Part shown: piece after piece, positions 59,879 to 64,000 of the stretch | How the letters are laid out: each line of letters opens with the position of its first letter | Position numbering within the stretch: position 1 is the stretch's first letter | From: a virus | Lineage: Duplodnaviria > Heunggongvirae > Uroviricota > Caudoviricetes | Reading direction: 5' to 3' (one strand) | DNA length: 64,000 nucleotides | Virus record (IMG/VR): IMGVR_UViG_3300032167_000010 | Translations under genes and position numbers: made by a program | Notes under the pieces: generated by a model | Database searches by the model: none | Told to the model about the DNA's origin: nothing | Seen by the model: the letters and a program-made list of their open reading frames with translations, nothing else

Positions 59879-62251
59879 ATGGCAAAATCATATCTTGATA
59901 TTCAAAATTCAGCCTATAAAGTAGGCAATATTATGGACTGGACCAATGCCCTTACTCGTTTAAGCGGTGTTCCTGTCGATATTACAGAAGTTTATGACTC
60001 ATTTGATAAAGCAGTTGTGTATGCAGCAACAAACCCTGTTGCTTATGAAGGTCAGTTAATCACTGTTACTGAAAATGGTGATACTACTGTTTATGTAATT
60101 ACACCTTCAGAACAAGGCACTCACAAAGTTATTGAAAAAGTAGATAACGTTGATACAGAAGTAGAATATTCTATTTATATTAAGAAAGTAGGCACAGTTC
60201 CTACCGGTGATGACGCATCTATCACAGTAACTGAAGACGGAAGAGTAGCTCTTAAAGGCTTTGCTAATGCAGAAGATGCTTATTTACCTCGCGTAAAAGT
60301 AACTAATGGTGTTAGATCTATCGAGTGGGTACCTATTAACCAAATCGTTGAAGGTGACACAAATACCGTAACAAAAGTTGAAGTTGCTGAAGGCTCTGCA
60401 CTTAGTATTGAGAAAGACGAAGATGTTAATACTGACACTGTTACATATACTCTTGACGTAGCAATTCCTGAATATGCTGTTAAGAAGACTACTGGTACTG
60501 GCGTAGTAAATTATGAACTTACTAAAGACGGTATAGCTGTTGCAGAGCAAATCGTGGTACCTAATGCTTATAATGATTCGGCTTTAGTTGAGAGAGTTGA
60601 AGACGTTGAGGCTTTAGCTGCTGGAAATAAAGACGTTTTAGATAATGCTGTAGAAGATATAAGCGATCACGAAGACCGCTTAGAGGCTATCGAGGCATTC
60701 TTTGATGGTGCGGCTGCAGATGAAGGCGAAGGTGAAAGTCTTAAAAATGCTCTTGATACTTTAGTTGAAATCCAAACTTTTATTAATACTGAAGGTGAAA
60801 CTGCTAAAGATTTACTTGATGCTATTAACGAAAATACCGAGGATATCGCTGCTTTACAAAAGACCTTAGCTACTAACGGCGACTTTGAAAAACGCGTAGC
60901 TGAGGTTGAAGCTAAGGCATCTAATAATACTAGTGACATTGAGGCACTTCAAGAACTTACTACTACTAGTGGCGCAATCTATACAGCAATTAACGCTGCT
61001 AAAGATCAAGCAGATAAGGGTGTAGCTGATGCTGCTACGGCTCAAGCTGCTGCAAATGCTGCTGATGCTAAAGCTGTTAATGCTCAAAAAGAAGTTGATG
61101 CTCTTGAAACTGAAGTTGCTGGTATTAAAACTACAGCTGAAGATGCCAATGCTTTAGCTATTGCAAATGATGGTCGTTTAGATACTGCAGAAGCTAATAT
61201 TGACGCTTTAGAAGCTATTGTTAAAACCGGTGCTAATACTAATGCTGCTCTTAGAGAAGCTATTACAGAACTCCAAGGTATTGTTAAAACTGGAGATGAT
61301 GCAAATAGCGCACTTCGTACTGACCTAACAAATTTGGGTAAAGATTTAAGCGACTTAGCTACAGCTATTAATGATGAAAATAGCGGTCTCGCTAAAACTA
61401 ACGAAATTGCTGATAATGCAGCATCTTTAGCTGCTGAAAACGCCGGCCGTTTAGATACTGCAGAAGCTGATATTGATGTGTTACAAGAAATCGTAGATTC
61501 TGGTGATGGTAAAACAATTAGAAACGATATTACTGCACTTCAACAATTAACTGGTGATGGTTCTAAAGGTAATAACGCTTTATATACAGAAATCTCTAGA
61601 GTTGCTGGATTGGTGGATAATAAGACAGCTGGCCTTAGTGCAACAAAAGCTATCGCAGACAATGCCGCTAGTGAAGCATCTGATGCACATAGCCGTTTAG
61701 ATGATATTGATACTATCTTAACTGGGTACGAGGATATTAACGTTAAAGATGATGTAAACGACGCTAGAAACGCTGCTTATACTGCTGATGGAAAGGCAGT
61801 TGCTGCACAAAACGCTGCAGATGCTGCTCAAGGTACGGCTAATGCAGTTAAAGCTGCTGTAGAAGATGCAGCGACAGGTCTCGCTAAGACGAAAGAAGTT
61901 GCTGACGCCGCTGCCGCAAAAGCTGCTGAAAACGCTGGTCGTTTAGATACAGCTGCAGATGCTATTGAGGATTTAGAAAGTATTGTTTTAGATCCTGATA
62001 GCGTTGGTAATGAAAAATTACGTGCTGACTTAGACGCTATTACAGGCAGTGTTAATAACGCATCAACAGGTCTTGCTAAAACTAAAGAAATTGCTGATAA
62101 TGCAGCGGCTGCTGCAAGTGCAAATAGTGATCGTCTTGATGCTATTGAAGGTGATTGTGTAAAAATTGGCACAGATAACAAACTTTACCACGGTAAAGAC
62201 GGTGATGTTATTATTTTCTATTGCGGTTCTGCAACTGAAAATATTGATTAA
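59879..62251 (+). CDS. long Ala-rich coiled-coil fibre protein with internal repeats (790 aa)
   Basis: ORF track; SD AAGGAGGGCAAT; repeated GLAKTKEIADNAA..AENAGRLDTAE units. Confidence 0.65.
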   Translation: MAKSYLDIQNSAYKVGNIMDWTNALTRLSGVPVDITEVYDSFDKAVVYAATNPVAYEGQLITVTENGDTTVYVITPSEQGTHKVIEKVDNVDTEVEYSIYIKKVGTVPTGDDASITVTEDGRVALKGFANAEDAYLPRVKVTNGVRSIEWVPINQIVEGDTNTVTKVEVAEGSALSIEKDEDVNTDTVTYTLDVAIPEYAVKKTTGTGVVNYELTKDGIAVAEQIVVPNAYNDSALVERVEDVEALAAGNKDVLDNAVEDISDHEDRLEAIEAFFDGAAADEGEGESLKNALDTLVEIQTFINTEGETAKDLLDAINENTEDIAALQKTLATNGDFEKRVAEVEAKASNNTSDIEALQELTTTSGAIYTAINAAKDQADKGVADAATAQAAANAADAKAVNAQKEVDALETEVAGIKTTAEDANALAIANDGRLDTAEANIDALEAIVKTGANTNAALREAITELQGIVKTGDDANSALRTDLTNLGKDLSDLATAINDENSGLAKTNEIADNAASLAAENAGRLDTAEADIDVLQEIVDSGDGKTIRNDITALQQLTGDGSKGNNALYTEISRVAGLVDNKTAGLSATKAIADNAASEASDAHSRLDDIDTILTGYEDINVKDDVNDARNAAYTADGKAVAAQNAADAAQGTANAVKAAVEDAATGLAKTKEVADAAAAKAAENAGRLDTAADAIEDLESIVLDPDSVGNEKLRADLDAITGSVNNASTGLAKTKEIADNAAAAASANSDRLDAIEGDCVKIGTDNKLYHGKDGDVIIFYCGSATENID

Positions 62252-62280
62252 AATAATTTAAAAAACTTATAGTATTTAAA

Positions 62281-62306
62281 AAGGTAACCTTACACGGTTA
62301 CCTTTT
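62281..62306 (+). terminator. rho-independent terminator
   Basis: perfect aggtaacc-ttacac-ggttacct + T5. Confidence 0.7.
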
Positions 62307-62324
62307 TATTTATTAAATCTATTT

Positions 62325-62334
62325 GCTAAATTAT
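62325..62334 (+). promoter_or_regulatory. late-type promoter motif (copy 9)
   Basis: ctatttGCTAAATTATACgaa 34 nt upstream of ATG 62368. Confidence 0.5.
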
Positions 62335-62367
62335 ACGAACAAAAAATTAATGATGGGAGTTAGCATT

Positions 62368-64000
62368 ATGATAGTAAAACACCGTAGAGGAACAACTCAA
62401 GAATGGAAAGATTTTGATCTTATTCCAGAAGAGGGTGAACTGATAATAGAAGAGTGTCTTGACGGTACTAGAAAGTGTAAGATAGGTACCGGCTATACAA
62501 TATTCTCAAAACTACCTTATATAGATGATAAAACTAAGACTATTTTACTACAAGAGCTAGCAAAAACACAAGCCGAGCTCGAAGAAAAGATAGCTGAAAT
62601 AAAAGAGAGCCTTCCAGAAAATATTTCAAGTATTAGACAAGAAATATCTCAAGTTATTGAGGCAAAGAGCTCAGAATTAACGAATGATTTTATTAATAGA
62701 GATGAAATTGTTAGTACAGACATTAAGGGCGAGATCTCTAAAACAGCAAATACCTTACGTAGTGAAACAAAGGCTGCTACAAAAGCTGTCACAGAGCAAG
62801 CCCAGGAGGCCAGAAATAACCTTAAAACTGAGTTAGAGTCAAAGATTGCTAAAGATATATCTGAAGCTAAAACTTCGTTAGAATCTACAATATTTGACGA
62901 AAAAAGCGCTCGTGAAGGAGCTATTAATGACATATATAAAGTTATTGCGGATGCAGACATTGCGAGCAAGAACGAGCTTAACTCAGCAATTAATAAATTA
63001 GACAATACAATAAATACTCGTATTAATAGCGTAGTTAGTCAAACGGCTTCTGATATATCTTCGCTTGAAACACAACTGGATAATAAAGCAGAAGAACTTG
63101 ACAATAAAATTGATGATAGCTTTAAGACAATTAATGAAGCTTTGACTGCTGCGATAAATACTTTAGAACAACAAACGAAAGAGGCTGATGAGAATAATAC
63201 TGCTCAAATAAGAGGTTTAGAAAAAGACATAGCAGCTTTAGCTACTTTCAATAAAGGTCTTGTAGATCGTATAGACCTCGATCAAGAGAAACTTTTAGCT
63301 AATATTGAAGACCTTGACACTAGAATAACTGATACGGAAGAAGGGTTACAGACTGACCTTGCTGCCGTTGAGACTGCTTTAATTGATAAGATGTCTTACA
63401 TAGAACAGCAAGGCACAGCCGCTGCCGAAGAGCTTTCAAAACATATAAACACTCTAAAAGAAAGTGTAAATAGTCTATCAGAAAAATTAAAAGCTACTCA
63501 AGGTCAGCTTGATACTGATGTTGAAAAATTTTTAGCTAATATTGAAGACCTTGACACTAGAATAAATACTGCAGAAGATAGTTTGTCTGATGAGCTTACT
63601 GAAATTGAAACTACTTTAGATGGTGCGATAACTCTTTTAGAGCAATATTGCAAAGAAACGGACGCAGAGCTTTTAGCACAAATAAAGTCGGTTATGGAAA
63701 ATGTTACTATTTTACATTCTGACATTAGTACCTTAGAAGGTACTTTTCTTGAATACCGTGATAAAACAATTGCCAGCTTTTGTGTGTTAGAAGAAACAAT
63801 CGGTATTCAGTCCACTCCCGCTGCCGGTGTTGAAGGTGAAGACGATTATGTGCCTGCTGAAGCTGCTACTGGTATTTATGCTATTATCGAAGACGGTGAT
63901 AAAGAGTTGACAGACCAAATTGCTTCTGTAAATCAAGCATTACTAGATACTAAAACAACTTATGAAGCAAAAGTAGCTGAACTTACTGCGGAAGATGCTG
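62368..64000 (+). CDS. tail-fibre protein with coiled-coil repeats (3'-truncated by window edge)
   Basis: N-terminal RRGTTQEWKDFDLIPEEGELIIEE....KIGTGYTIFSKLPY fibre signature; repeated LANIEDLDTRI units; SD GATGGGAGTTAG. Confidence 0.6.
   Translation, partial: MIVKHRRGTTQEWKDFDLIPEEGELIIEECLDGTRKCKIGTGYTIFSKLPYIDDKTKTILLQELAKTQAELEEKIAEIKESLPENISSIRQEISQVIEAKSSELTNDFINRDEIVSTDIKGEISKTANTLRSETKAATKAVTEQAQEARNNLKTELESKIAKDISEAKTSLESTIFDEKSAREGAINDIYKVIADADIASKNELNSAINKLDNTINTRINSVVSQTASDISSLETQLDNKAEELDNKIDDSFKTINEALTAAINTLEQQTKEADENNTAQIRGLEKDIAALATFNKGLVDRIDLDQEKLLANIEDLDTRITDTEEGLQTDLAAVETALIDKMSYIEQQGTAAAEELSKHINTLKESVNSLSEKLKATQGQLDTDVEKFLANIEDLDTRINTAEDSLSDELTEIETTLDGAITLLEQYCKETDAELLAQIKSVMENVTILHSDISTLEGTFLEYRDKTIASFCVLEETIGIQSTPAAGVEGEDDYVPAEAATGIYAIIEDGDKELTDQIASVNQALLDTKTTYEAKVAELTAEDA

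Noticed and set aside
664-63725. All minus-strand ORFs in the six-frame track (e.g. 664..888, 2238..2588, 52116..52397, 60667..60939, 61828..62181, 62649..63005).
   Set aside because: Each lies entirely antisense within a well-supported + strand gene, has no SD or promoter, and has low-complexity Ser/Leu/Ala-rich translations typical of antisense shadows of Glu/Ala-rich genes.

Overview
This window reads as a ~64 kb stretch of a large, AT-rich dsDNA phage that probably infects a low-GC Gram-positive host; the host guess rests only on strong GGAGG-type Shine-Dalgarno sites and on extended -10 promoters. Every credible gene (~150, most under 150 aa) lies on the + strand with tight or overlapping spacing. 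No rRNA, tRNA, CRISPR array or integrase/att site was found. Layout: (i) 1-17.6 kb is an early, host-takeover-like region in which ~18 near-identical super-consensus sigma-A promoters (UP-like tract, TTTACA, 17 bp spacer, TGnTATAAT) each drive 1-4 tiny genes, many of them extremely acidic. (ii) 17.6-50 kb is a middle region with nucleic-acid and protein metabolism genes (RNase H, ATP-dependent DNA ligase, peptide deformylase, Dam-type methyltransferase, Lar-like zinc finger, Pnk-like kinase/HD protein, RlaP-type nucleotidyltransferase, HD hydrolases, HNH endonuclease, T4-gp1-like dNMP kinase, YopX, an SPFH/prohibitin gene), dozens of Zn-ribbon mini-proteins, and several paralogous small membrane-protein families. 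(iii) 51-64 kb is a late, structural-looking region with a cluster of tail-fibre-like genes, one collagen-like and two long coiled-coil proteins with internal repeats. Points for a second look: a conserved 'tttGCTAAATTATTT' motif (10 copies) in front of late/structural-type genes, including some embedded in the early region; a second promoter class ('TTGTATAATATAAT'); two promoter+terminator units with no ORF (candidate sRNAs, one carrying a CCUCC anti-Shine-Dalgarno motif); an in-frame TAG splitting the Pnk-like kinase/HD gene; an in-frame TAA splitting a membrane-protein gene; a G6 homopolymer that separates two overlapping frames of one gene; a shared N-terminal 'MNFN..LxxLYE' motif on three proteins (candidate capsid-targeting propeptide with an LxE protease-type site); and an SPFH gene bracketed by twin terminators (moron-like).
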